This document shows positions 40,671-53,588 of a stretch of 64,000 nucleotides of DNA, one piece after another. The notes under the pieces are model-generated. The model did no database searches. It saw only the letters and a program-made list of their open reading frames with translations, and was not told where the DNA came from. The stretch comes from Octopus sinensis. Its lineage: Eukaryota. The position numbers and the translations under genes were made by a program. Within the stretch, counting starts at the first letter, position 1. Each line of letters begins with the position of its first letter. Location of the stretch: contig NC_043009.1 in NCBI RefSeq assembly GCF_006345805.1, positions 45,446,001 to 45,510,000 of the forward strand, given 5' to 3'.

Positions 40671-41831
40671 TATATAATATAGTGTGTGGTGTGTGTGTGT
40701 GTGTGTGTGTGTATAAAGGAGCACTTCGTCGGTTACGACGACGAGGGTCCCAGCTGATACAATCAATGGAACAGCTTGCTCGTGATATTATTGTGCAAGT
40801 GGCTGAGCACTCCACAGACACCTGTACCCTTAATGTAGTTCTCAGGAAGATTCAGAGTGACACAGAGTGAGATAAGGCTGGCCCCCTTGAAACGCAGGTA
40901 CTAGCTGAGTGGACTGTCAGCATCGTGAAATAAAGTGTCTAACTGAAGGATACAACGTGTCGCCGGTAATTAAATTCATGACCTTACGATCGTGTGCCGA
41001 ATGCAAATCAATGATGGAAAACATTCGAGCCATAATATCATCTTCTTTTTATGTGATATTGTATAACTGGTTATTACCAAATGTGTTCCTCCATCGAACA
41101 AATAAAGGTTTTTTTTTAAAGGGTGGTCATTGAGATTTGAATGCTATATCTGATTGGGCGAGCGACAACATAAAAGCTTCCCGTTTTGTCTGTTCATGGC
41201 GTATTGCTCAAGTCCAAGTACTCTTCCAATGAAACTTAAGACCATATTATAAATCTCATCACAATCAGCTAATATTAAAAAATCCCAACAAGTCCAGAGT
41301 TTGTCATGATGTGCGATAAAACAAATAAAGCTAGTGTAAAAAGGAACAGATGTTATAGAATTTTAACCTGCTCTCTTGACAATATTCGTGTTGTACTTTA
41401 CTAACTAGAAAAATTCTAAGGAACAGAAAAATGTTATAGAATCCAAAACATGTTAAGAAACTGGAATACAGTTGGTATCATAAAATATATATTCAAACGC
41501 CCTAGTAATTTGCTATTTGTACGTATGTCTGTGTGTATATATGCATGCTTATATGTATATAAATATGTATACATGATGACACACACATTATCTATCTATC
41601 TATCTATCTATCTCTATCTCACAATGGACGGACGCTAGTCATATCGGCTCCAAGTAAGTTGGCCACTTTTACATGTTTAAAACTCCTTGTTGTCAAATAT
41701 TTTGTTTTAATCGTTGTGCAAATTCATTCACTAAAAAACCTGAGAATTATTCACGTAGAATTCCGCCCCTGTATGGGCGAAATTACAAAAAACTTTCAAA
41801 ACTTTCGTGGGTTTTTTAGCCATTTTTCATT

Positions 41832-43837
41832 TTGAAAATGGCAACTAGAAACCACGTGGCTAGCCCGCCAGTCATGCAGAACGGTAGCAAAACACTATTG
41901 CTACCACTAGCTGCTAAACATCGCAGCGTGAACACCGCTGTCACCACCATCACCACCACCAACAACAACAACAACAAATCTAACGTCGCATTCACCATCG
42001 CCGCGACCAAAGACATTAACTTAGATTTCCCCTCACTCCCCACACCACTTGTTGATGATAAAGGGACAGAGAAAGGGATTTCAAAAATGAATACAAACGA
42101 AAACATGAATGCCAGCACCACCACCATCACCACCAACAACAACAACAACGAAATTGGCACAAAGCCGCCTACCAAAGACAACACCGCCAACACCAACACC
42201 ACTACTACGACGTCAAATGCTACATCCAAGCCTTCTGCTGCTAATACCGCCAACACCAACACCACTACCATGACTTCAATTAACACTGCCACAATTAACA
42301 CTTCTACTGCCAAATTCAAAACGAATTTTGCGGACGTAACAAAACAAAAAAAAACAATTGTAACATTCACCACACAAGAGATAAACCGCACAAAGGCACT
42401 CTTCTCCAAAGAAGGAGACAAATTGCACCTTCATATTCCACAACACATCGTGGAAAAACACACAAAAAAAAACAATAATTTATAAAGTAATAAACAAAAA
42501 AACAAGAAGAACAGAAAATGCACCGCAGGAAAAAATCGATAAATGCCTTCGTCCTGTATGGGACTCCAAGGAATATATCAGTTGGGGAAACAAATTTGGT
42601 ACAGTCCAAGTACGTTTCCTCAACGAAAGTTTAGCAAAACGTTTTTCCACATTGGAGCTACATTCGGACGACTTGGTAATGATACCAGTCTATTTAAACA
42701 AAAGGGTCACGAAAGTCCAAATAAAAAACATACCATTTGATGTCGAAACACAATGGGTGGTCTCTGCCATCTGCTTTGAAATGTCAGAGACAATGTCAGA
42801 GACAAACATCCTGGAAATCGCGGTTCTAGGAGAGAAAGACTATGTGGGCAAATCAATCGAATTCCTGCTTCAATTGGATGAAGCAGCAAGAGAGAAGATA
42901 CCCACCGCTATAGAACTGCCAGGAGGCTACAAACTCTATATAGTGGTAGAGGGCAGGCGACCACGCTGCTATTTGTGTGGAAGCGAAACACACTTGAAAA
43001 AGACGTGCCCAACCACTGCACACCAAGAGCAACAACAACAACCACTACCACAACCAAAGCACTCCGGAAAAAAAGCTCTACTACCCACACCACCATCAAC
43101 ACAGAAGACGACAAGAGAAGCACACCAAGCTAATCCGTCATCAACAAAAACCACTCGACACCTGGAAAAATACCAACACTACCATCAACAGCAAAACCCA
43201 AAGGAACAGAAAAACAAAGAAAACACACACAAAATGATCCCCCATCCCTTATACCGCACTCAACACACACAAACACTCAACAACCAACAACAACGAAAAC
43301 AACAACACAACCACTTACACAGACATACATAGAAGCCCACAACATACCCCTACCCCTTCTGATTCCTCAGAAATTTCGTCGGAAGACGAAACCAGTGAGG
43401 AATGGCAAATAGCTACAAAAAGAAGGAAAATAAAGAGCAGAAACACAACCAAACCAAATGCAAACACGAACAAAGCAGGGGGAAATACATCTCCCGAAGA
43501 CATTTCAAAACCCAACGCAAACAACAGCCACACCAACACCACAAAAACATATACAGCAAACATGCTCACAGCCATAGACACCAAAAACACAAATTTGATG
43601 GAATACATCCAATCAAAAACAAACATAACAGAAGATGACATAAAAACAAACAACCACCCATACACAACACCACCAGACCACATCAAAATAATACACATCT
43701 CCAAAAGTCTGCACCACACACTCAAAGGCATTTTCCCAGTGCGGTTGGTAAATGCCAAAAATATCTCACAAGAAACTGTACTGGATCTTCTCGAGGACAA
43801 ACCAACGGAGGAGAAAGCAAAAACTTTCGAGCAGTAA
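41832..43837 (+). pseudogene. LINE ORF1 (gag-like nucleic-acid-binding protein), split by frameshifts
   Basis: ORFs 41832-42485, 42652-43332 and 43562-43837 join across frameshifts in A-rich runs. Features: Thr/Asn-rich N-terminus, a Tx1-like central region (VTKVQIKNIPFDV...LYIVVEGRRPRC) and a CX2CX4HX4C knuckle CYLCGSETHLKKTC at 42967-43008. Confidence 0.8.
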
Positions 43838-43868
43838 GTAACCCTCTGTATTCTAATTCATTAGAACT

Positions 43869-46800
43869 ATGATCAAGATTGGTTGTGTAAATGCGCGTGG
43901 CTTGGGGTCCCCTTGGAAACAAGGGTACCTCTTAAATGACATAAAGTCACATAAGTTAGAAATCATAGCCATAAGCGAGACCAGACTCCACAATCCGCGG
44001 GCCCTAAAGACCATGTTTGGCGGACAGTTCAACATTTATTTTCCCCCTGTCTGCCGAGAATGGGCGGTAGTGGCACCGCGGTACTTTTTCACAAGAGTCT
44101 GGATCTCAATGTAAGGACAATATTCGTAGACCCGGAGGGTAGACTGGTCGTCCTGGATGTCGACGGCAGCAATGGGTGCGCTTTTCGGCTCGTATCAGTT
44201 TACGCACCGCCCTTAACAGGTCGGGCGGATTTCTTTCAACGTCTAGAAGTTTTCTTGGGAACGTCTCGTCCTTTACTCTTAGTGGGGGATTGGAATGCTA
44301 CCTTGGACACGCATGTAGACTACGTGGGTAGAGATAGGAATAGACGGGGATGCAAATGCCTCAGAGACCTGCTCAGACGCTTTCAACTGTCTGACAGGTT
44401 TCGACTAGACCACCCGAATGCGCCAACGTGGACATGGAGCAACCGCATCGGGTCGTCGAGATCGTATCTAGATAGGATACTGTGTAGGACAGTAGATAGA
44501 GATAGCATAGGATGTCCACAATTCCACATAGTCAGCTACACGGATCACAAACTTGTGACATGTACGCTAGACTTAGGTAAGACACTTAGGCAGGGTCCCG
44601 GATACTGGAAACTAAACGCGTCTTTCCCATCGAGACAAGTTTTCAGAGACCGGATTAGCACACTAGTAAAGAGGGCTTTGACGGGAGCCATCATCAACAA
44701 CAAATGGTGGTTTGCCCTCAAGAGAGCAGTAAAAGCAGAAGCGATTAGGTACAGCAAAGCACTAGCCATAGATAGAAATAGAGTAGAGGGTGAGCTAGTT
44801 AAGAAGCTAGAAGAGGCAATTAGAAGCGGCATCGCATCCGACGTTTTGGCGGCGAGGTTGGCCCTCGACCAACACTTCAACGCCAAACACGAAGGATGTG
44901 CTGTCAGAGCTAGGATGCGTGCTCTAAGGAACGAAGGTGTTGGAGCCGCGAGAGAGGCCCGGGTGGCAGAGGCGCAACAGGGCAACAAAGCCACCATTCG
45001 GTCACTGGTAGATGAACAGGGGCGCGAATTGCTCGAGCCAAGTAAAATGTGTGAGGCCTTTCAGCAGCATTTTGCCCGACTGTTCGGAACGAGTGGAGGG
45101 CAAGAACGTAGGGTGGACTTCAGTGCCTACCTACATAGCCTACCACGACTCTCGACAAGAAAGGCAGGGTGCTGCGAAGGTGCCATCACCGGCGGCGGAA
45201 GTGCGGGAAGCGATGGCAGAATGCTCGAGGGACAAATCACCGGGTTTGGATGGTCTACCCTACGAGCTTTACAATTGTATGCCAGACTTGTTTGGAGATC
45301 TTGGCGGCGGTGTACTGCAACTGGCAGCAAAACGGGAGCATTCCTGGTTTTGTGAGCCGAGGAGCCGTAACACTGCTGAAGAAAGATCTAAACAAGGGAA
45401 ATGTAATAGATAACTTTAGGCCATCACTCTGCTTAATGCAGACTTGAAAATTTTGGCCAAGGTGCTAGCCAAGAGGTTGGCGCTTGTCATCCGAGAAACT
45501 GGTCGACAAGGCGCAAACATGCGCCGTGCCAGGCCGGACCATCCATGACAACCTCCATCTGATGCGCTACATCATAGACAGGGTAGTTAACGAACCTGGC
45601 ATGGGTGGGGCCCTGATCAACTTGGATCAATCAAAAGCCTTTGATAGGGTAGACCATCGATACTTGGAGGCAGTCCTGAGAGCGGCTGGTTTCGGTCCCG
45701 TCTTCCGCGGCTGGATAGCTGCCTTGTACAGAGGCATCCGTTCGGTAATTCGCGTAAATGGACATCTATCGAGACCTTTCGACATTGCACGTTCGGTCCG
45801 TCAGGGATGCCCCCTCTCGGCGCTTCTATACGTATTGACTCTTGAGCCACTACTGCGGAAGCTGGCGACTCTAAGGGGCATCCCGCGAGAATTGGGATGC
45901 GGGACGAGCGTGTCTGCATACGCGGACGACGTCACCGTCATAGTGTCTAGCCACGAGCACATCGAGCTGGTCGGCGAGACACTGAAAAACTACGAAGCGG
46001 TGACAGGAGCGAAAATCAACCGGGAAAAGTCAGTGGGCTTGCGACTAGGCACCTGGAGAAGCAAGCCCATGCCGTCCACCAGCGCCTCCGTCGTGGGACG
46101 CTGGACCGACGGCCCGGTTGAGTTGCTCGGGGTCTGGTTTGGTCCGGACCTCCAAGTGGAGAAGAACTGGAACGAGATAACGAGTAGGGTGGTCACTCTC
46201 GCCCGGCAATGGGCCGAGAGGAAACTGTCCCTAAAAGGTCGAGCGGAGGTGGCGAACACGTACATCGCGTCCGTCATCTACTACCGCCTGACCGTCGTAC
46301 CTTGTCCCGACCCTACCATCACCAAACTACAACGCATCCTCTTTCGCTTCTTGTGGAAAGGATGCGTCCCGATGGTCAGGCGATCCATTTGCTGTCAACA
46401 CCCGTTAAAAGGAGGGCTGGGCATGCCGTGGTTGATGATGCGCAGACACGCGCTGAGACTGCGACATCTCTGGCTCTATGTAGACGACGGTGAACAGGTG
46501 TGGTCGCCGTTTGTGAGGCACGCTTTCCCGCAGCTCGTCTCCATGACCGAACTGCAGTCGTGGATCAAAAAGAGGCCGAGGAAGGGCGAATGGCACCGCG
46601 AGTGTCGCGTTGCTCTCAAGCAACTCTGCCGTCCTGGGTCGACCTTAAGTGACTTCAACACAACCAAAGCATTCTATAGGGGTTTAGTGGAGGGGAGGTA
46701 CGACGACGAGCTCGGGGCGAACCTGGACGTCGACGAGGAGTACCTGACCCGCCTGTTCGGGACGACTTTCGGGCCAGGGCCCATGGACAACTTCCAGAGA

Positions 46801-47301
46801 TCCCTGGCCTGGCAGTGCTACCGAGAAGCGCTACCCGTTCGGGATAAGCTCTACAGACACGGCTCGAGAAACACGGGGCCGACCTGCCCGAGATGCGGTC
46901 AGAGCGACGAAACCGTTCTGCACGCACTCGTTCAGTGTCCAACAATTCCGACCTGTGGGCTTATGTCGAACAACTGCTGTCACGTGTGGGACGAGTCGGT
47001 TATCAGCTGAGTCTATCGTCAATATTGTCACGCCTCCTTCCTTCAAACGGGAAGGAAGAGCTATTTTCATCATCCTTGTGGCTATGGCGAAAGAATGTAT
47101 CTGGTGGACGCGTCTGAAAGGATTGGAGACAAACACTTTCCTCTCTGGTCAATCTCTCATCAACTTCTTCAAGTACCACTTGAAAAGAAAGTGAGAGTAG
47201 AGAGGCAAGTTTTGTCTAGCGAATGTTTTAAAAAAAGATGGGTGAATGTAGCAAGAATGGCACGTATGAATGACGAAGCCACCTTGAGCATAGTCCTATG
47301 A
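43869..47301 (+). pseudogene. LINE ORF2: apurinic-like endonuclease + reverse transcriptase + C-terminal zinc finger, interrupted by several frameshifts
   Basis: APE motifs: MIKIGCVNARGL, IAISETRL, LVSVYAP, LLVGDWNATLD, SYLDRIL, YTDHKLV. RT motifs: KSPGLDGLP, FRP-ITLLNADLKILAKVLAKRL, QTCAVPGRTIHDNL, LDQSKAFDRVDH, VRQGCPLS, AYADDV. C-terminal CPRCGQSDETVLHALVQC. Stop TGA at 47299-47301. Confidence 0.93.
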
Positions 47302-47714
47302 ACCCAGAAATCGAAAACAGAGAGTTGCTTATTTGCAAAAAAAAAAAAAAAAAAAAAAGAAATATAAAATGTGACTTCATTGACCGAGGTTACCGTGTCT
47401 TTTCCGCAGGCTTTTCTTTCCACGGGTAAACCTCACCTGTCCTCCCCTTTACACTTCATATTGACATTTCTGTGATAACGATCCCTATTGATCATTTTTT
47501 TTTTTTTTTTTCCTCTCCCCCCCTTCTTTTTTTTTTATTTTTTTTTTTTTTAACCCCCCTTTTTTGTCCTCTTTCTCTCCTTTTACGATCCCTTTTGATC
47601 GAACCTCCCCCTTCCTTTTTTTTTTTTTTTTTTTTTTTTAATACCTTCAAAAGAAAAGCTCTACCTGTAATTTGTTCTATCTGTGTGCAGCCCTGTGTGG
47701 CTAATAAAGAAACA

Positions 47715-47860
<146 letters not shown>

Positions 47861-48714
47861 TGGCCTGGCAGGCTACCGAGAAGCGCTACCCCTTCGGGAT
47901 AACTCTACAGACACGGCTCGAGAAACACGGGGCCGACCTGCCCGAGATGCGGTCAGAGCGACGAAACCGTTCTGCACGCACTCGTTCAGTGTCCAACAAT
48001 TTCGACTGTGGGCTTATGTCGAACAACTGCTGTCACGTGGTGGACGAGTCGGTTTATCAGCTGAGTCTATCGTCAATATTGTCACGTCTCCTTCCTTCAA
48101 ACGGGAAGGAAGAGCTATTTTCATCATCCTTGTGGCTATGGCGAAAGAATGTATCTGGTGGACGCGTCTGAAAGGATTGGAGACAAACACTTTCCTCTTG
48201 GTCAATCTCTCATCAGCTTCTTCAAGTACCACTTGAAAAGGAAAGTGAGAGTAGAGAGCAAGTTTTGTCTAGCGAATGTTTTAAAAAAGATGGGTGAATG
48301 TAGCAAGAATGGCACGTATGAATGACGAAGCCACCTTGAGCATAGTCCTATGAACCCAGAAATCGAAAACAGAGAGTTGCTTATTTGCAAAAAAAAAAAA
48401 AAAGAAATAAAATGTGACTTCATTGACCGAGGTTACCGTGGTCTTTTCCGTAGGCTTTTCTTTCCACGGGTAAACCTCACCTGTCCCCCTTTACACTTCA
48501 TATGACATTTCTGTGATAACGATCCTATTGATCAATTTTTTTTTCCTCTCCCCTTTTTTTTTTTAACCCCCCTTTTTTTTGTCCTCTTCTCTCCTTTTAC
48601 GATCCCTTTTGATCGAAACTCCCCCTTCCTTTTTTTTTTTTTTAACCTTCAAAAGAAAAGCTCCACCTTGTAATTGTTCTATCTGTGTGCAGCCTGTGTG
48701 GCTAATAAGAAACA
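47861..48714 (+). mobile_element. 5'-truncated second copy of the same Tx1-like LINE (3' end of ORF2 + 3' UTR)
   Basis: Matches 46805-47714 except for small indels and homopolymer lengths. It starts directly after TATC repeats and ends ...AATAAGAAACA followed by (TATC)n. Confidence 0.93.
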
Positions 48715-49276
<562 letters not shown>

Positions 49277-49771
49277 AATGCCTGTCTTTCTACAAACATA
49301 CATATATGTACATGCACACATATGCTCTTATAATATTGAAAGTAAATGAATCTGTCGGTTTCGCTGATATAGTACGCAGTTATTCAATAACTATACTATT
49401 TGTTAATACAATGGATGTATTTATTCTTTAATGTTCTGAAATTGAATCAGTGTCACTCATTGTGTAATAAGGATGGATCTTTGGATTAGAGAGCATAGTT
49501 CTTCGAGTGGGCTTCCGCATAATCTCACTCCCTCTCCCAATTTTTGTCAAAAGACTTATGGTGAAAAAGAAAAAAAAAACTTGATTAAGATGTCATACAA
49601 TAAGATCAAACCTGTACTACGGGATTGTGGAGTAAGTTCTTAACCCTCCGGCTTATGTTACATTTACATGCACACATTTATAGAAATTATTGAACTATTC
49701 ACAATAAATACTCAACTTCAAAACAAGGCATCAACCAACAGGAACCTGTGAGGTAATATTTATCGTCAGTT

Positions 49772-49990
49772 AAAGGCAGCGGGCTGGCAGAATCGTTACA
49801 ATCTCGGGAAAAATGCTTAGCGGCATTTCGCCCATCTTCACGTTCTAAATGCCAATTCCACTGAGGTCGACTTTGACTTTCATTCTTTCGGGGGTCAATA
49901 AATGAGTACCAGTTGAACACTGGGGTCAAACTTATCAACTCATCCTCGCTTCAGAAATTTCTGGCCCTGTGCTAAACTTTGAAATCAATA
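49772..49990 (+). mobile_element. SINE family B monomer
   Basis: Family B head and centre, with tail CTGGCCCTGTGCTAAACTTTGAAATCAATATT. Confidence 0.75.
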
Positions 49991-50013
49991 TTTATTCCCA
50001 CTTAAACGTGAAT

Positions 50014-50564
50014 GGGATCTTTTCGGTTTGAACGGCAGTTTTTAACATAATTTCTAGGTAACTAAAAAATGTTCAACTTCGTATACTGGTAGAATGTGTT
50101 CATAAAACATCTTTTTCTCTTGGCTTTATTGAGAAAATTCTATAGTTTTTTCTAGCGGTGTCATATGAAATTGTCACCCATAATTATGACCTAGTATCGA
50201 TCTATTGCATTTCAATCTATTTTAGATTTAGGGTTAATTAGGGTTAGGATTAGGGTTAGGGTTAGGGGTGGAGGAAGGGTGTCTTTTTTCTTCACAAATG
50301 TAAATAAACCCAATCTGTTTCTTAAACGAGGGACATATTCATACGGCACAGAATGTTTTCACCTCAATAGACGGTCATTGATTGGTTGAAATTGCCGAAA
50401 TGCAAGAAATTAAAGACCAAATATCTTACAAACTATAGAATTTTCTCAATAAAGCCAAGAGAAAAAGATGTTTTATAAACACATTCTACCAGTATACGAA
50501 GTTTAAAATTCTTTAGTTACCTAGAAATTATGTTAAAAGCTGCCGTTCAAACCGAAAAGATCCC
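50014..50564. mobile_element. MITE with ~135-bp TIRs and internal (TTAGGG)n-like repeats
   Basis: GGGATCTTTTCGGTTTGAACGGCAG... at 50014 inverts to ...CTGCCGTTCAAACCGAAAAGATCCC ending at 50564. TTAGGG repeats lie at 50228-50267. Confidence 0.88.
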
Positions 50565-50752
50565 GTGGCTGTTCTGTTGGAACCAACTATACTGTAGTAG
50601 ATATCATGAGAGAAACTCACATATTGGCTTTCGGTGTAAAAATGCACTCTTCTTTATATGGGCAGCAGGGAGACAAATGTCCACCACATCCAGTGCCACA
50701 TTTAAGTGAGGATAAATTTTACAGCTCGGCATTAATATTGCGTCTGTTGCTA

Positions 50753-50836
<84 letters not shown>

Positions 50837-50899
50837 TTATATTTAATATTGATCTGTATATATCTTTAACTTATAGTAATGTATTGTGTTCTCTTTCCC

Positions 50900-50940
50900 G
50901 TTAATTAAAATAAATTCTCTTTACTCTTTTGCAGGTGAGT
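50900..50940 (+). promoter_or_regulatory. Candidate recursive splice site (3' splice site immediately followed by 5' splice site)
   Basis: TTAAT...TTCTCTTTACTCTTTTGCAG|GTGAGT: polypyrimidine tract, CAG at 50932-50934, consensus donor GTGAGT at 50935-50940. Confidence 0.35.
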
Positions 50941-51337
50941 TAACTTTCTTCCAAATTGGTTCCATTTTCTTTATCAATATCCCGATATATTCATGGATTT
51001 ACACGGTAGGACGCGTTTGACATTTGCAAGGTAAATATATGTATAATTAATTAAGAAAATACTTTGCTTTGATTTTTCAAAGTGTAGGTGTTAATTACTT
51101 AATACCGTGCCTGAATATTAAAACACAAAAGGAAATTGCTGCAGCTATCCAACATATGCACGCACACACTATCCACCTATACATTTTTACACATACACAC
51201 ACAAACACATGCAAACATACGCGCATATATCTACAAAATATGCATGAATGTATGTATGTATGTGTATGCGTGTGTTGATTTTTATTATTTCTTTTTCACA
51301 TGTATATGTTTCTGCATTTAGTGCCCATACACAGATA

Positions 51338-51371
<34 letters not shown>

Positions 51372-51760
51372 AGATTAAAAAAGGAAATTACACATATTTT
51401 ACATACTTTATTATCAATTTTAATATATCGATCGGTTTCGGTTTTGCTATTCATGATATTATGGTTTACTTTTTTGAATATGCCTTTTCTTGTTCGTGAT
51501 GATATTTACGACTGAATGACTTCGCAAGTAGGAAAATAAGGGGAGGTAATTGGTTATCGTATAAATTGTTGTTGTGGGCAACTGTTTAGCTTTCGATAAG
51601 GGTAGGGAAATATATATGTACACACACACAAAAAAACCCACGAAAGGCTTCGAAAAACTTATTTAGTGAGGGGATGTATGTACAGTGATATAATCGTGAA
51701 TTGAAACCGGGAAACAGGGCTCATAACACTGGCTAAACTTTAAAAGGGAGCATATATTTA

Positions 51761-52050
51761 GTGGAGGCCCAGTGGTTAGGGCAGCAGGCTCGCAGTTTCG
51801 ATTCCCAGACTGGGCGTTGTGTATGTTTATTGAGGGAAAACACCTAAAAGCTCCACGAGGTTCCGGCAGGGGGTGGTGGCGACCCCTGTTCTACTATTTC
51901 GGCCTAACATTCTCTCACCCTTTCTTCCTGTTTCTTGGGTAACGCAGCGATGGACTGACGTCCCGTCCAGCTGGGGGAACACATACGCCACAGAAACCTG
52001 GAAACCGGGCCCATGAGCCTGGCTAGGCTTGAAAAGGGCGCATAAATAAT
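51761..52050 (+). mobile_element. SINE family C copy
   Basis: Closely similar to 18852-19153, with a small deletion in the head. Confidence 0.8.
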
Positions 52051-52051
52051 A

Positions 52052-52207
52052 TGGTAAGAGGCTTGCTTACCAACCACATGGTTCCGGGTTCAGTCCCACT
52101 ACGTGGCATCTTGGGCAACTGTCTTCTGCTATAGCCTCGGGCCGACCAATGGCTTGTGAGTGGATTTGGTAGACGGAAACTCAAAAGAAGCCTGTCGTAT
52201 ATATATA

Positions 52208-52258
<51 letters not shown>

Positions 52259-52476
52259 TGTTGTGTGTGTATATGTTTGTGTGTCTATGTTTGTCCCTCT
52301 AGCATTGCTTGACAACCAATGCTGGTGTGTTTACGTCCCCGTCACCTAGCGATTCGGCAAAAGAGACCGATAGAATATGTACTGAGCTTACAAAGAATAG
52401 GTCCCAGGGTCGATTTGCTCGGCTAAAGACGGTGCTCCAGCATAGCCGCAGTCAAATAACTGAAATAAGTAAAGGA

Positions 52477-52478
<2 letters not shown>
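52052..52478 (+). mobile_element. SINE family A copy, extreme 5' end missing, abutting a family C SINE
   Basis: Same family sequence, starting at TGGTAAG. Confidence 0.85.
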
Positions 52479-52540
<62 letters not shown>

Positions 52541-53358
52541 ATGTGTGTGCGTGTGTATTCGCTTACTGTCGAATAAAAAAAGGCATGTCCTCTGCAGCAT
52601 GTTTTTCTAAATTAGAACTGATGCTGAGAGCATGTCTCGTGACTCGAGCTTCACATCAGCTACGATCATGAGGCGAAGATCACAGTGGCGAGATTCTCAA
52701 TCGTGGAAGAAACTCAAGCTTCAGTTTTAACCAAAAAAAAAGGCATATATGTATGTGTGTGTGTATATGTTTGTGTGAGTGTGTGCATTTGTGTGTTACG
52801 TGCATACGTGTGTGTGTGTGTTTGATAACTATGGAGACAATCCAAAATTTAAAAGTAAGGTGATAAATTTTCAACGTCATGTCTCTTACGAGAATATCAT
52901 CGTCGAAAAGGCAACAAATTAGTATCTTTAATCTATAAAAGCAGATCACAGAACTTTTCTGGCGGTGCGGACTGTGTCAGTTCTCGGCGAAACGAAAGAG
53001 TGTAATGTTTCGTTGTTAACTTGAAATCATTTCTATCACATCAGTGAGCACTATTATTATTCTTTGTAAAGGAATTGACGGAATTTGAGTATATTATCGA
53101 AAGAAAGTTAATTTTATGATAAATCATTACACGAAATTAAATTAATGACCTCCATTTTTGCATGAAGGTAAGTGAAACGCACAGACACACAAACACAGAC
53201 AACACACACACACACACACACACATACACACACACACACACACAGACACATACACACAGAGACATATACGCACACACGCACACACATAATACTAGCAATG
53301 ATACAGAATGTTTTCGTGTATGTGTGTGTCTGTATGTGTGTAATATGTGTGTCTATGC

Positions 53359-53411
<53 letters not shown>

Positions 53412-53518
53412 TGTGCGTGCGCGCACGTAGTTAATTGCTCGCATCAATTTCAGTTGCGCACTTGTGCTCGGAGAAAATAACAATATTCACAGGACAGTAT
53501 AATTGAGTTAGATAACCC

Positions 53519-53588
<70 letters not shown>

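Larger units (their letters stand above)
41621..47714 (+). mobile_element. Near full-length L1/Tx1-clade non-LTR retrotransposon (LINE) flanked by (TATC)n on both sides
   Basis: Two-ORF layout (ORF1 with zinc knuckle, ORF2 APE-RT-ZnF), a 3' UTR with AATAAA at 47703-47708, and (TATC)n directly 5' (41589-41618) and 3' (47715 onward). The 5' boundary is inferred from the end of the microsatellite. Confidence 0.92.

Noticed and set aside
44545-44997. Antisense ORFs within the LINE (44545-44997, 41816-42421, 43315-43800)
   Set aside because: They are explained as shadows of the sense ORF1/ORF2 codon usage, with no independent motif.
53135-53155. ATAAATCA (Pbx/Hox-like) plus TAAT motifs as an enhancer
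   Set aside because: Short AT-rich motifs are expected by chance here, and no conservation data are available.
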